From the NCBI RefSeq assembly GCF_009914755.1, contig NC_060926.1: a stretch of DNA of 64,000 bases. The stretch is one strand, 5' to 3'. A program made the translations under genes and the position numbers. This DNA comes from the human T2T-CHM13v2.0 reference genome, Homo sapiens. Under the pieces are notes generated by a model that was not told where the DNA came from, made no database searches, and saw only the letters and a program-made list of their open reading frames with translations. Positions 43,257 through 57,752 of the stretch are shown here, in pieces. Positions within the stretch are counted from its first letter, which is position 1; every line of letters begins with the position of its first letter.

Positions 43257-44762
43257 TTTAAAGGTCTCACTTCTCAGCACTGTTGCATTAAGGATTAAGT
43301 TTCCAACATAAGAACTTTGGGGGACATATTCAAACCATAATATTTCACCCATGGACCCCAATATTCATGTTTTTCTCACATGCAAAGAACATTCATGTCA
43401 TCCCCATAGTCTCAAAAGACTTAACTCTCTCCAGTATCAACTCAAAGGTCTACAGTCTCATCTAAATCAAATGTGGATGAGACTCAAGGCACAATTCACC
43501 CTGAGGCAAATTCCTGTCCACCTGTGAGCCTGTGAAATTAACAAGTCATTTGCTGGCAAAATATAGTGGTAGGCAAGGCATACGATACATTCCCATTCCA
43601 AAAGAGGGAAATCAGCAAGAAGAAAGGGGTAGCTGGTCCCAAGTAAGTCTAAAATCCAACAGGGTAAACAACATTAAGTCTCAAAGCTGGAGAATAATCT
43701 CCATTGATTCCCTGTCTCAAATCCTGGGCACACTGGACTTTCCTGGGTTCAGTCCACCCTGAAGTTCTCATGGGTTGGACCCTCATGTCTGCGGCTTTGC
43801 AAGGCTGATGCCACAAGCTGGTAGCTCTGCAGTTCTGCTTTTCCCTCCATTATAAATTCCATCTTTATGTCTCTTTTCTCCCACATCTTACTGCATGTGG
43901 TTAAAAGCAGCCATGCAGTTCCTTCAATATTTTGCCTGGAAATTTCTTCTGCCACACATCCTAGTCCATTGCTCTTAAAATCCCCCTTCCAAAAATCCCA
44001 GGACACAGACACAATTCCACCAAATTCTTTCCTACATTATAGCAAGAATGGCCTTTACTCCGGTTTCCAATACCTTGTTCCTCAGTTCCATCAGAGACCT
44101 CTTCAGAATGGCCCTTACCATCCGTATATCTACCAACATTCTCATCGTGACCACTTAAGAAATCTCCAAGAAGTTCTAGACTTTCCCTACATATCTTATC
44201 TCTGAGCCATCACCAGAATTGCCTTTAATGCTCCATTCACTGCAGTCTTGGCTTTTTCACACCTGCTTCTCCATATTCTTCCAGTCTCTACCCCATTACC
44301 CAGTTAAAAAGCCACTTCCACATTTTCAGGTATTAATTATAGCAACAGCCCTACTTCTTGGTACCAGTTTTCTTAGTCCATTTTGTGTTGCTATAACAGA
44401 ATGTCTGAGACTGAAGAATGTATAAAGAACAGGGATTTATTTATTGCAGTTCTGGAGGCTGGGGGGCCCAAGGTCAAGTGGCTCCTGTCTAATAAGGGCC
44501 TTCTTCTGCATCATCCCATGGTGGCAGGTGGAAGGGCAAGAGTGCATGTATGCAAGAGAGGAAGGGACTTAGACTCATCCTTTTATCAGGGACCCACTCC
44601 TATGATAACAAACCCACTACCAAGATAATGGATTAATCCATTTGTGAGGGCAGAACTCTCACCTACTTAATTGCCTCTTAAAGGTCCCACCTCTCAACAC
44701 TGTTGCATTGGGGATTAAGTTTCCAACACATGAACTTTAGGGGACACATTCAAACCGTAGCA
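43257..44762 (-). mobile_element. MST/MLT1A-type MaLR provirus: complete 5' LTR (44371-44762), internally deleted internal region, truncated 3' LTR (43257-43340)
   Basis: Two copies of CACTGTTGCATT..GGATTAAGTTTCCAACA..GAACTTT.GGGGACA.ATTCAAACC.TA flank MaLR internal sequence. Confidence 0.85.
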
Positions 44763-44916
44763 GTAGCCATTTGCAAACCAGAAAGTAGTCCCTCATGAGA
44801 CACCAGATCTGCCCATACCTTGTTCTTGGACTTCCAGCCTCCGGAACTATGAGAAATAAATGTTCACTGTTTAAGCCATCCAGTCTAGGGTACTCTTGTT
44901 ACAGCAGCCCAAGCTA
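44763..44916 (+). mobile_element. MLT1A-like LTR, 3' part only
   Basis: TTGGACTTCCAGCCTCCGGAACTATGAGAAATAAATG..TTTAAGCCATCCAGTCTA..CAGCAGCCCAAGCTA. Confidence 0.85.
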
Positions 44917-45569
44917 CGGCAGAAATTGGTTTCATTCTCTGAACTGATAATTGTGAAGCCAGAGGGTCTTCACTCCCCCTCATAGCTTCATCCCACTTAC
45001 AGAAAATGCAGAAAGGGTACCACAGAAAGCAAGGTGTCCCCAAAGCTGCTAGGGCCTCTGTGGTTCATGAACCTACACTTCAGGGAGCCTGAGCCCTGCT
45101 GCCTTTTTACCATTTAGGGAGGGCGTGGCTGAGACTGGACATGAGCAAACCCAGGAATGCTCTCAGAGAAGCCCCGGCCTCTTGCCTCACAGAGGCTTAG
45201 CACAAGGAATCAGTCAGTGTGTGCTGTATAGTGTTATCCACACAGGTGAGAACATCTGGAAAATCCCAGAAATCTCATGTTTTACTCACATTCCCAGCAA
45301 CAAGTAGAGAAAAGGTCCACAGGGAGTCTCAGTCCTAGGACTGGTAACCCTGGTCAGACACTATAGAGGAGAAAGATCTTTCTCAGAGAAATTCAAAAAG
45401 AAAGTGCTTCTCTAGACAGGTTTTACTGAAAAAAAAATATTTGATGGAAAAAAGGTAGTTATCTCCATGGGAATTTCTCAAAAGAATAAAGCATTTCACA
45501 CTTGTCTGTGGTTTGAACCTTTTGCTCCAGCCCTGAGATCTGCACTGTGATTGTGGGCACATTCTTGGA

Positions 45570-45846
<277 letters not shown>

Positions 45847-46232
45847 AGATTGTTGGATTTGGTTAACCTCTTTGATGTGTAAAAAAGTTGAAACCTTTCC
45901 TGTAAAAACTAAAAGAGGAGAGGCAAAGGGTAACCAGGGAGGTCTGTGTGAGCCCTTCCATTGAGACACATTTTGCCTACAAGTCTGGATGGTTACAAAT
46001 GAAAGAACTACATATTTGGAAGCAGAGAAAAAATATTTTTAAAGGGAATTAAGTGAACATGAGATAATCAGGTTTTATTGAATGAACCCTTCTAATCACC
46101 TAGAACCTGGTAGACTCAAGCAAAAGCAATCCTGCAGAGACTGGTAAGCAACAATACTACAATAACTGAATGACTTACTGACCAACTCTTGTGGAATCTT
46201 TTTGGCATATGGATGATATAAAACCTTGTCTT

Positions 46233-46537
<305 letters not shown>

Positions 46538-49500
46538 TTAATTAGTAAATCCAGACTAACACAAGGAGGAAAAGGCATAAATAAAACTCTTTAGTCTGCA
46601 AATAGAGGGAAACACATTAACATCATTGAGTGTCTATATAGGGAAGTCCCTGAAGACATATAAGAAGAAAATTGAGAAATATCAACCCAGACTCCTCTGA
46701 AGGTGGAGAAGTGGACCAGATGCTTCTCAAAATCTCTCCCAGGTGTGCAGAGCTAATGACTCTAGGGCTCAGGCACCTGAGAAATTCGGAGGGCTCAGGA
46801 CAGGTGAACTGTGCTTTCAAACCTTAATATGTGAAAAGTCAGGTCTAGTAAAAAGATTAACTAGTGAATATTCACTCAACAGTAAGATTTCACCTAAAAA
46901 AAAGTATGAATACAGAATCACTTTTAAAACCCTCAAGTGCATTTAAAATATGATCCAATTTCCAGAAATTGGAGAACATATTCTTTCAGTAAAGGAATCT
47001 ATTCATGTGTATAAATTACAGATACTGTTTCTGCATAGATGCTATTTTTAACAAGCATACAAAAAATCCTACATAGGACAATAATTTTCCTTCTTGTGCT
47101 GCTTTGGTGTGTTTATATGAATGAATGAGCAACTGAATAAACTTGGCTTTCATAAGTATAGATTTAAATATTAGGGATTCATATTGGACCCTATATTCAG
47201 TTATTACTACTGTCATGGAAGATGTATTCCTACTCCAGGAGGGAAAGAAAGCTCTAAAATAAAGTGCCTGGAAAATAAAGTGTCTGCTTCTCGCTGTGAT
47301 TTTTTCCTCCAAATAGCCAGGAACGGAAGCTGAAGGATTTGAGTAGTCTTTCCTCTACTTCCTTTCTTTTTTCCTGAAACCATTGGATGAAAAAGTCTAA
47401 GCTGAAATCATTGTAAATTGCGTTGTTCACAAAGCAGCTATCACTCTTTTTTACTGGCATGGGAAGCCAACCTACCGAAGCTTCCAACAGTGATCTGGAG
47501 AATAATTCAAACAGGGGAACTTCCAGTGGAGATGTACCTACCTATGGTTTTGTCCACAAATGAAGAGAAATGGTGAGGTGGGTGATCACCCAACAATCTG
47601 AATTCCAGAAAACAGTCCAGGTTCTTCACATGCAGACCATCAGCTTTGCTAATCAACAAAATTGCATGACCTAAAAAAATCAAGTTAATCACGGCTTTAT
47701 CTCCTCTCTGTCTGCCTGTAAAAACCCAAACTTCATATTCAAGGATTCCTGAATACATTACCCTAACCCAAAAAAGTCAAGTTGGTATTAAGCAGAACCC
47801 ACATTTACAGACTGCTTGCAGCTCCCCAATGAAATGAGTGCTGAGTCTCACAGCGGTAGCTTTCAGAATGCCAAAAATTTTGCATAATAAGAATTCATTT
47901 TTGGTGCTCACACTGAGGGGTAAATCTGCAAAGAAGGAACTCAACTATTTTGAAAGCTCAAACATTGTTCAGAAATTTATAGCTTTTCAAACTTGGGAAT
48001 TGAGGCTGAAATGCTTAGGAGAAAATGGGAGGGGAAGGACAAAGGCCTTGGGTAGAAGGTTGGGCTCATAGAGAGGTAGAATTCCTGGCATCCCATGGTC
48101 TCCGCATGCTCTTATGGGTGTCCACCATAAGGCACATGCATATACACTCCACATCTGATGCTGCCTGTTGTGCACATACATGTGCATTTTTGTGTACTCT
48201 GCACATGAGTGTTATTATATGTGCATGCATATACTACATATGTAAACTTTGCTGTTGTTTCAATGTTTTCCACTTAAGACAATATGACATGCTTCGGTAA
48301 CCCTGACTCCTTTTGGGATGTGAAGAACTGCGACTGCAGTTAAAGTAATAGAGAGCGATAATGTGGCATGCCAGGAAAACAGCAGCATTGGCCCTGAGGT
48401 AACCCCTTTCAAAAATGCCCAAGCAATGGAAAACGTGGCATCTCATTTCCTGGGAATATGGCATTAGTACTCATCAGCAAAATGTAACACTTTATTTGAA
48501 GATATCAGTAGATTTTGAGGCAATGTTTCTCTCTTGCAATCGCTTGCTTATAGGTGCTGAGAGCCAGGGATCTCCAAGGAAAACGTTCTTGGCCTGAGAA
48601 ACACATAAATTAAGGATAAAAAATTAATTCTGCCACTTTCCAATGCTATCTTACATTCATAAAGCATTGATATCAGACCTGACATGCTTTGGGTTTTAGT
48701 TCCATTTATTGTTGCTAATTTTCTAATTTCTAGGAGAAAAAAAGCATTTTAAACAGATCCAGGGCATCCCATGAAACTTCATGGTAAAGCTTTGTTGAGT
48801 TAAATATAAATGAATTGAGGGCTCATGGTCATATCTCCCTATAAATCATTGCACATAGTCAAAAAAGAGAATAGTTTAAGACTTTATGGGCAAAGCAGGT
48901 GAAAAAAATTATTGAAGACATCTAATATTTACATTTTTACTCATTAGCAATTAGTTTTTGGGATATAATAATGCTTAAATGATATCCTTTTGCTAACTGA
49001 ACACTGATTTATGAAAAGACCTTTTAAGCATGTATAAGATTTTTTTCATGGTATTTTTTGGAATATTGTTTTGTTTATCTGTATGGTGGTTGCTTTGTTT
49101 TTGTTTGTTGGCTTAGAAAGGAACTGAGAGCCCACGTATAATTTCCAGATTGTATCTATTAATATGAAAGTGACCTGTGTAGTATTAATTACATTTTTTA
49201 TCTTAATATGTTTAGTGATTTTTTTAATAGATCAAAGACGCAAAAATTTTGGCAAACTAGTACCCTCATTAAAACTGAGATAAATAGGGTTATATACATC
49301 ATCAAAAGAAAGCCTCATTTCAGAGTCAAAGTGGACTATGGGGCAAGCGAAGGCCTTTCCTTTCCTGGATCCAAGGTGTGCACATGTGAAACCACAAGAA
49401 CTCTGGGAATGCCCAAAACCTAAGGCTCTTCACAGTCTACATCTTTTTCTTTTTTTTGAATTTTGTATAAGGACAAACACTTCAAAATGGGAGGCACAAA

Positions 49501-51149
49501 ACCAAACAAGGATTTTCACTGGGATTTTAGATCGAACAGACATGGACTCCTCTCTGTCTCAAAACACAAGTGGTCAAATTTTAAAATAAGTATTCATGAG
49601 TCTGTTTGCATATGTGAACTTGCCTGCCCTGTTTTGTGGGATGCATGACATCCTCTCTGGGTGCAAAGAGCAACAGACACGATAGGAACCCTTCTGTTCC
49701 CTGGGCCCTGACTCTGAACGTTGAGTCCCATCCCTTCAGGAATGCCCAACTGCGATTATTTCTGGAAACTTTTCTTTTGCCTATTTGCCTCCCTGGCAAA
49801 TCAAGGCTACCAGCTGCTAAATTTCAAATAAATAAATAAATTGCCTGATTGTGGACTAGGAGGAAGCTGAGAATATCCATTGTAATCACAGAGTCCCTGA
49901 AGTGTAGTTTGATCGGCACGGTTTTAGATACTTTAAGATAAACAGCGCTTTCATCATCAACTGGCAGGTAAGTTACCACAACTTACACAGAATGCCAATG
50001 AATGAGCCTGAGTAATGGACAGAGTTGACCATGGTCAAGCTCTGTTTGAATAACTGTTTGTTGCAAGACTTTAATTTGAGCTATGTTCTTATCATCTAAT
50101 GGCATTTACTTAGAGATGCCAAATTTTGTAACCTACCACCATATACCTTCAAAACCTATTTCAAGGCTGATTTAGCCTTAAATTTTACTCCTAACTGCAT
50201 GCTTTTAGCTTTTAATTAGCAGAATGACTCTTCTTCAGCTTTGGTATTTATTCACAGATATTATATCGGTACCTAAATCATGGTCACTAAAGCATGATTC
50301 CGTATGCAATCAATCATTACCAGACAAAATCTGCATATCGCCCGACTCTGGTCACTGTCTCAAATTCACTAGAGATTTCCATAATTAAATAGAAAATATC
50401 AAATATCTAAATCCAGGAGTAGTAAAACATTCTTCATAGAAGAAAATTCTAAATATAGTTTCTACCCCATTTCATTTGTGAACTCCACGTCTGTTACATA
50501 TTTCAGTACATTTATTATTGCTAGACAGTGCCACCTAAAAAAACGGATGACCCACAGTGGCTTACACAGTGCATTTAATCACCTGAATACCTCAATGAAA
50601 AACACAAACTGAGATTGGTTTTTCATAGTCATTTAATATTTAAGTATTGTTGATTCTCAAGCAAGCTCACGATTCTAATAATCTCCTCCAAATATTTCCA
50701 GCTACCTCCTGCATTTCTCATTTAAATTTCGAAGTTTCCCTCCTTTATCTCTGCGACCTCATTAGCTACCATCGTTTCAATGTTTTACACTTGTATTACT
50801 CCTTTTGCCCAAATGTTTTATATGCATCATCCCATTAATCCTCACAAATGCCCCTTTTAACAAAATCCAACATTAGCAATGTATGATGAAGAATTATAAT
50901 AAATAATCAACATTAAATACTTTCTTGTCAAAATAAGTGGAAAACGATTTTTTGCAGTTCAGGACTCCTGATTTTTATTGTTTATTCATGTACTCACTAA
51001 TTTGCAAAATTCTATAATCCACAATGGGTTCCCCTGTCATTAGTGCTAATTAGTGGAATTCTACTGTACTAATAAATCAACATTATCCAAACACGGTGCT
51101 TGGAGATGTGGTTATAATACATTCTTGCATACGAATTTTTTAAAATTAG

Positions 51150-51445
<296 letters not shown>

Positions 51446-54322
51446 TAGATGGTCACCACTGCAGTCCCGATTTTTACTGATAGGATTTTTATATAGATCC
51501 TTCTACAGCTGGGTTTTTTTAGAGAGAGCATGCGTGTCTTTAATGATTGCATATTCATTCCAAGTCAGACACATTCTGTATAAGGAATAATGGGACTTAC
51601 GGCAGAAAGGGACAGCTGGTATCACATTGTTCACTGCATTAAGTTAGGAGCTGAGTGATAAAGGAACTTCCTCAAAGTCACATTGTTAGTGTGAGAGCCC
51701 TGCTGGAACTCAGGTGTTCTCACACTCACTCAGGTCTCCTTCCAACACATCAAATTGGCCACCTGTGTCAAAAGTGTGAACACGCAACTTAAGTAAAGCT
51801 TATTTTTCATGTGCCTGCACATGCCCATGATCCCCCTCCAGGTCCATTCATTTCTGTCTTCCATCCCATAATCTTTAATAGTCCCCATCCTACTAACCTC
51901 GAACCTTCTGCCCCTTTTTTGTTGCTCAGGTGTGAACTGTGTGCTTCCTTTTCATATAACATTGCGTGTATTTTTTTTTCTGGTAAGAACATTAAGTTCA
52001 TTACATTAGATCTCATGTTTGGTGTGTACCTCACCTCTCCCAGGCATTTATCTGACCTAGGATCCATTTATTGAACAGTATACCTTTCTTTTAACCTCAC
52101 ATCATCATTTAATTACAATAGACAAAAATGGTTTTCTTCGTCAGTCAGCATGATGGAAGGTTATATGGTCACTGACCCACATCTGTACAGCTGTTTCTGT
52201 GCTCTTTGCAATGCCTAGCTCCCTATCTGGCCAGTAATGGCCCATAACCAATCAGTGCAAATGCTTTTTGACTGTGTAGTTATTCTACAATAAATACAAT
52301 GTAACAGTAGCCGTGGAAGACCTGGTATTTCTCTCCATCTTTACAAGAGGATGAGTGTCACAGGAATGTTCCTAGATCACAGTAGTAGCAGATCATCCAA
52401 TGACACAGAGCCAGTCAAGAGGTCAGTGGCTCTTCCTCACCAGAGAATTTAAAAACAGGGGACAGTTTTCCCTTTGAAATGGGAGGGGAAATTTTCTAGG
52501 TGATCTTCCAAGGTGCTTTTAAGTTCTATGACTCTTTGATTTCCTCAGCAGTTCCTTTGAATTGTAATTTCTCCCAAATTTTTGTGATCTCGAAACTGAA
52601 TGTACATTTATATTCATGAATGAATATTCAACGTATCTATGCACAGTGCATTGAAAAAAAAGAGTATAATTTTAGTATCCCTATACTATACAAAGGGTAC
52701 TCAGAATCTTACTAATAAAGGCATTGGCATCCTTCACTACTCTGTAATCTAAGATGGAAGAACTGTCTGGTTTCTGTTAAGGCTGTATAAATTTAAAAAG
52801 ACGGCAAGATTGCATTTGGGCAAGTACCCTGAAGTTTGGCTGCTTATTCAAATCTTGTGCAAATTTCCATAAGCTGCTAAATTGGTCTGGGTCGAGGAAT
52901 TAGCCTGCGAATATTATGGACCTTGGCAGGCTGTTTTCATCTGCTGTTTTTCTTACGAGATTATAAGAAAAATATTAAGGTGGCTCAATGAAATGAGAAA
53001 GTGCTGGGAAACACACCCATGACCAGGTAGAAGAAAAGATTGATTCAAAATTGGTCATGTTTGATTTTGAATTAAGCATATTGTAGTGGATATGCTAAAT
53101 ATAAAACTTCATCTTGGGGAGGTATGATATGTTTCTCAAACTATTTAATACTGAAGAGGTGGGGATGATTTTGCAGAAGGAAATTCTTGATTAGAGAAAG
53201 GTTCTGATAGGCTTTAAGATTTCATCTGAAACTTCTAAAATCTACTGAAGAGTCCTAATGTGTGTCTGTGTGAGTGCCGGGTTGTGGGGTCTTGGAGGAT
53301 TGGGTCTGGATTGTTGTGTCTATTCATCATGGGTTTTGACATATCAGTATTCTTCCTAATGTTGACTACCTAAGCTGAAAATAGCTAGAAAACTATACAA
53401 AAGAGAAGGATTCCATTGGTGTACTTACAGTATATTTTTAAAGAAGTTATTGTATTAAATGAATTTGACCATAGACTTACTCTTACTTATAGAAATAATG
53501 GTCAAGCCTTATTTTGGCAATGGGAAACATAACAAATATAATATCTCAAATATTTATCAACCACTGCACTTCATCTGGCCTTCTTCTTGTTTCATAAAGT
53601 GACAATTCTATCATTAGATATCAATTATAACTTGTGCCATTATAAACAAAGTCATATAGAAAAATTCATTTTCTGAAAATGAATACCTAGGTAAAGCAAA
53701 CTGTCATGGAGAATAATCACACCAAATTTTCCCAGGTGACTTGTGTAAATTCCAAAAATTAGTATTGATTTCACCTGCTCCTTGAACAACGAAAAGCACA
53801 GACAGCTGGTTGCAGAGATTCGGGATGTAATTACAATTAGTAATTACTACATTGTTTCTAAACAGGAAGTTCAAGGGGAAGATCTTGGGATGCTCACAGT
53901 ATTTAGCTACAAGATTTTTTTTCATTGCTTTAAGTCATGAAAAAACTCATTGATGGATTGCCCCGTGAAAACCAAAACTGCATCTCATTGCAAAAGAAGA
54001 CATAACTTCAGTTCCAAATCTCCTGCAGAAGGAAGCAAAAAGGAAGCATTGCAAATAGAAAACTGTGTGTAGGAGTGTGCACAGGAGGCTGAATTTCTAA
54101 AAGATAAACATTTTGAATTTTCTAGGAGGTTTATCAATTGCAACTATAATATGTAATGTATGGCTCACTAGATGCAATTCAACCCTGACTGCTTTCCATG
54201 TGGAAATATTGCAAATAAATCCTTTACTAGCTATCCCCTATCATTGTGCTGCTATAAATATTGTTTGTCCAGCCATGGATGTTACGATGGAAAATACTGT
54301 GTTTCAGCAAGTTGACCTAGGG

Positions 54323-54543
54323 CAGTGGTCCTCAACAAGGGTCAGTTTTGCCCCCTGCGTGACACTTGTCAATGTCTGGAAACATTTTTGATTTTAATGA
54401 CTGGTGGGGAAGTAGAGGGGACACCAGCATCCAGCAGCCAGAGACCAGGTGTGCTGCTGAACATCCTACAAGGCACTGGACAGTCCCCACAACCAAGAAT
54501 CGCTGGCCCAACATGTCAAGGATGCCAAATTTGAGGAACCCTG
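54323..54543. mobile_element. MER20 hAT-Charlie element
   Basis: CAGTGGTCCTCAAC..TTTTGCCCCC..CAATGTCTGGA..CATCCTACAA.GCAC.GGACAG.CCCCACAAC..GAGGAACCCTG. Confidence 0.9.
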
Positions 54544-57099
54544 AGTTAGAGTGAACTGGGACAGTTGCCAGTGTCTGCTAATACATTTCTCAGGTGTCAA
54601 TAGTCCAAATAAAAGTCTATCACCTGGACGCTGAAAGATAGCATTCTGAATGCATGACCAATGAGAGAGTCTCAGGGGCCCCTTACAGTGGGGTGCAGCT
54701 GGATGGAAATTGGCCTGAAGCAGAAATCCCTTTTGTCTCTCCCTATTTATCATCATCATCATTACTTTTTTACTTTGGTTAGCAGATGTTTCTTTAGTGC
54801 TCTGACATCCTTTTTAATTTGCACATTTATTAATTTGGCTGGCTGAGAGCAGAGTTCTCTACCTGCTGAATCGTCCCTGTACCTTGGAGCTGGTGGCATC
54901 CACATAAAGCCTTGCCCCGGCCCACCATCCATCACTAGGAAGCAGTTTTAACCTATAGCATCTTTAAATGGGATCACTTGATGACCAGTGCAATTTTGGC
55001 TTTTCTGCTATCTCACATTCCAAGTGAAAGGAACTGATTGCTCTTGAGTCCATTTACTCGTCCACTCTAGGGGGAATTGTTTGGATTCTAACATGTACCC
55101 TCCCGACATCCCATTTATAGCTGTAACAAAGAAGTAAGCAATTAATCAGACATCCCTTCTAACAATACTGACCTGCCAGCATTCAAATGCTTTAATTAAA
55201 ATCGCCTCACAATATATGCCGGGGGTAACAGGCAAGCACTGTCTCCACCAAGCAGTATGCCGCTCTCCTCATCAGCCCTGAAGCAAACATGGCATTACGG
55301 ATGTCCCTCGCACGGGACCTTCAGTGAGAAAGGAAGGAAGTCTCCTGGGACGGCTTCTGCATGCTGCTGCTCACCTTCAAAAGTAGATTCTGTTCCTATC
55401 ATGTTTTCAGAGGCTTTAGTATAAAAGGATGCACCCAGTGCAGAAATTTCCTCCACCCTTTCATTCTCATCTTTTTTCTCTTTCTTTCTTTTCTGAAACC
55501 TGCACAGTGATGAGCCAGATTGCCCCCAGCAGTGTTAGGCTGAAATCACCTTTGCTGCTTTAAAAATAAAATGTCAGTGCTACTTTGAGATTTAAAAATT
55601 TTAAATATCAGTAAGCACGGAAAAAGCTGGATTTTTTTTCCCGTTTCGGTGTTAACTCACCCTTGTGACAGGTTTTAGCCTCTTGATATTCATGCCTGCT
55701 CCCCAGTAGTTCTGTTCTGGCTTTCTTATATACAGTAATATCAGGATTTTACAATCAATGAGGATGCATTGATTCATAGAGTTAGATTCGTTTGGAGAAT
55801 TTGGAAAGATGTTCAACCATTCACTTTTATTACACTTAAATAATTTTTAAAGGTTGATGTATAATTTCATTGAAAGGTGTCAGCATTGTTTGAAACACAC
55901 ACCAATCCCACTATTCTCCCCTTGATTAATAGTACTTCCGTATTTATCCATTGCCTCCATTGCCCATTTTTTAACTGTTAATATGGGCATGGAGATTACT
56001 TCTCAACATCAACATAAGCCAAGTAACTTAAAAGGATTCTAATTCTGCAGGTCCCTCGCTCACCGTCTTCCACCTTGAGTTTAAGTATTATTTCCTCTTT
56101 TGCTTCTATCCAAAATTCCCTTAACACATCCTTATACAAAGTCTGTTTAAAGAGTTAGTCTTATTTCCAAATGTTCCACTGGAGCAGCTGCCTGGCAGTG
56201 GTAATATCGGACTTTCAGTTGATTTTCAACACCTCACGTGCCTTTTTCTATAAATCTAAATCCTTAATGTCTTTTTTCTCATTTCTCCCCCAAGCCACCC
56301 TCAAAACTTGTGGTCTTTGTGAATCCAATAAAAAGTGCTTTCATAGTTTATCTTTCTTTCCACATGTGGCCCCTCCATATTTGGGGCATCTATGGAGAGT
56401 TCACTGTGTCCCTGGCGCCCTGAAGAAAGGAGTGCTGTCTGTACTCACCTTCCCCAGACACCCCTTCTAAGTCGTTTCTAGCCTCCAGGAAGGGAAGCCT
56501 CCCCTCACTTTGTTTATCCACCCCTCCCTCAGGGCTCTGCATATGGTGAGCTTCCTCCTCCACTCAACAGCCCATCACACCCTTTCTTTTTCATATCCTG
56601 TCCCCTTTCAAGTTTGTGTTCTTTTTCCTTTGAAGGACACTGATACTTCCCACAATGGTTTTCAAGTTGGAAAGACGAAACTTAAAACTTTCCTTCATTT
56701 CCCCCCATCACCCTCTCTACTTCCCTTCTGTGTATATTAAAATAATCTCTCTCTTTCTGTCTGCCTACCTCTCTCCCTCTTTCTCTCTTACACACACGCA
56801 AGTAATTCCTGCCAGGAGCTCAGGTTCAGAGAGAAGGACAACTGTCTTTTCATCACTTTACCCTGATTATCATAATAAGACCATGGGCAAGCTCAACAGA
56901 GAGTACATACATCCCGTAGGCCGCAGCCAAATATAATTTAATTATTTCTAACAGGAATTAAGAATCTCATCAAGACTGTTGGACACAGAGAAATCATGTC
57001 CTTCTCCAAAGTTTGATTTTTCTCTTCACTCTCTCCATTATTTCCTCCTAATTCTCTTTAGCCCAATCTGCTCTTAAAATGTTTTCTAGAAGGTATTTG

Positions 57100-57752
57100 C
57101 GATAGTCAGGCTTCTCCAGAGAAAGAGAACAAATAGGACTTGTATATATAAAGAGATTTATTTTAAAGAATTAGCTTGCATGATTATGGAAGTGTAGGAC
57201 TTTCTCCTTAGTTCAGCTGAAAACGGAGCCCTTTCACACAACCGTGAAAAATATTAGGGTCGCAGACACTTTGAAGGATGAGAAAAATGGAATTTATTGG
57301 GCAAAAAGGAAAAAAAGGGAAACAAGGACTCTGTACAAAGCCAGAGTACTGCTAGTGCACTTCCCACCTCGCAGATTGAATCCCAGGTACTACCTGGGGG
57401 AGAGGAGGGGTCAGGCTCCTCCTCCCTGCAAACGGTGTGAACTGCCCCAGGCTCCACCCCAGTGCATGTTCCTCCCAGTTCCCAGGCTGGTCAGAGGTTC
57501 CCCAGGGACCCCTTTATACTTGGCTGTCTCAGAAGCTTGATAAATCTAAAGACTGCAGGGTAGGTTGGCAGGCTGGAGACCCAGGGAAGAGCTATGATCC
57601 AAGTCTGCTGGAAGAATTCCCGCTTACTCTGGTGAGGTCATTGTTTGTTCTTCGTCAGACCTGTGGCTGATTGGATGAGGGCCACCCACATTACGGATGG
57701 CAACCTTCTTTATTGTGGCTCAAATATGTTGACACATAAAATGAACCATCAT
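57100..57752 (-). mobile_element. MLT2-type ERVL LTR (host of the nested MER61-like LTR)
   Basis: TAGTCAGG.TTCTCCAGAGAAA..GAGATTTATTTTAAAGAATTAGCT..GATTGGATGAGGGCCACCCACATTA..TTGACACATAAAATGAACCATCA. Confidence 0.8.
57193..57531 (-). mobile_element. MER61-like ERV1 solo LTR
   Basis: Minus strand runs TGAGACAGCCAAGTATAAAGGGGTCCC ... GCTGAACTAAGGAGAAAGTCCTACA, with TG..CA termini. 4-bp TSD GAAG at 57189-57192 and 57532-57535. Confidence 0.85.

Noticed and set aside
57455-57480. p53 response element in the MER61-like LTR
   Set aside because: Only one imperfect half-site (GTGCATGTTC) is visible, with no adjacent second half-site.
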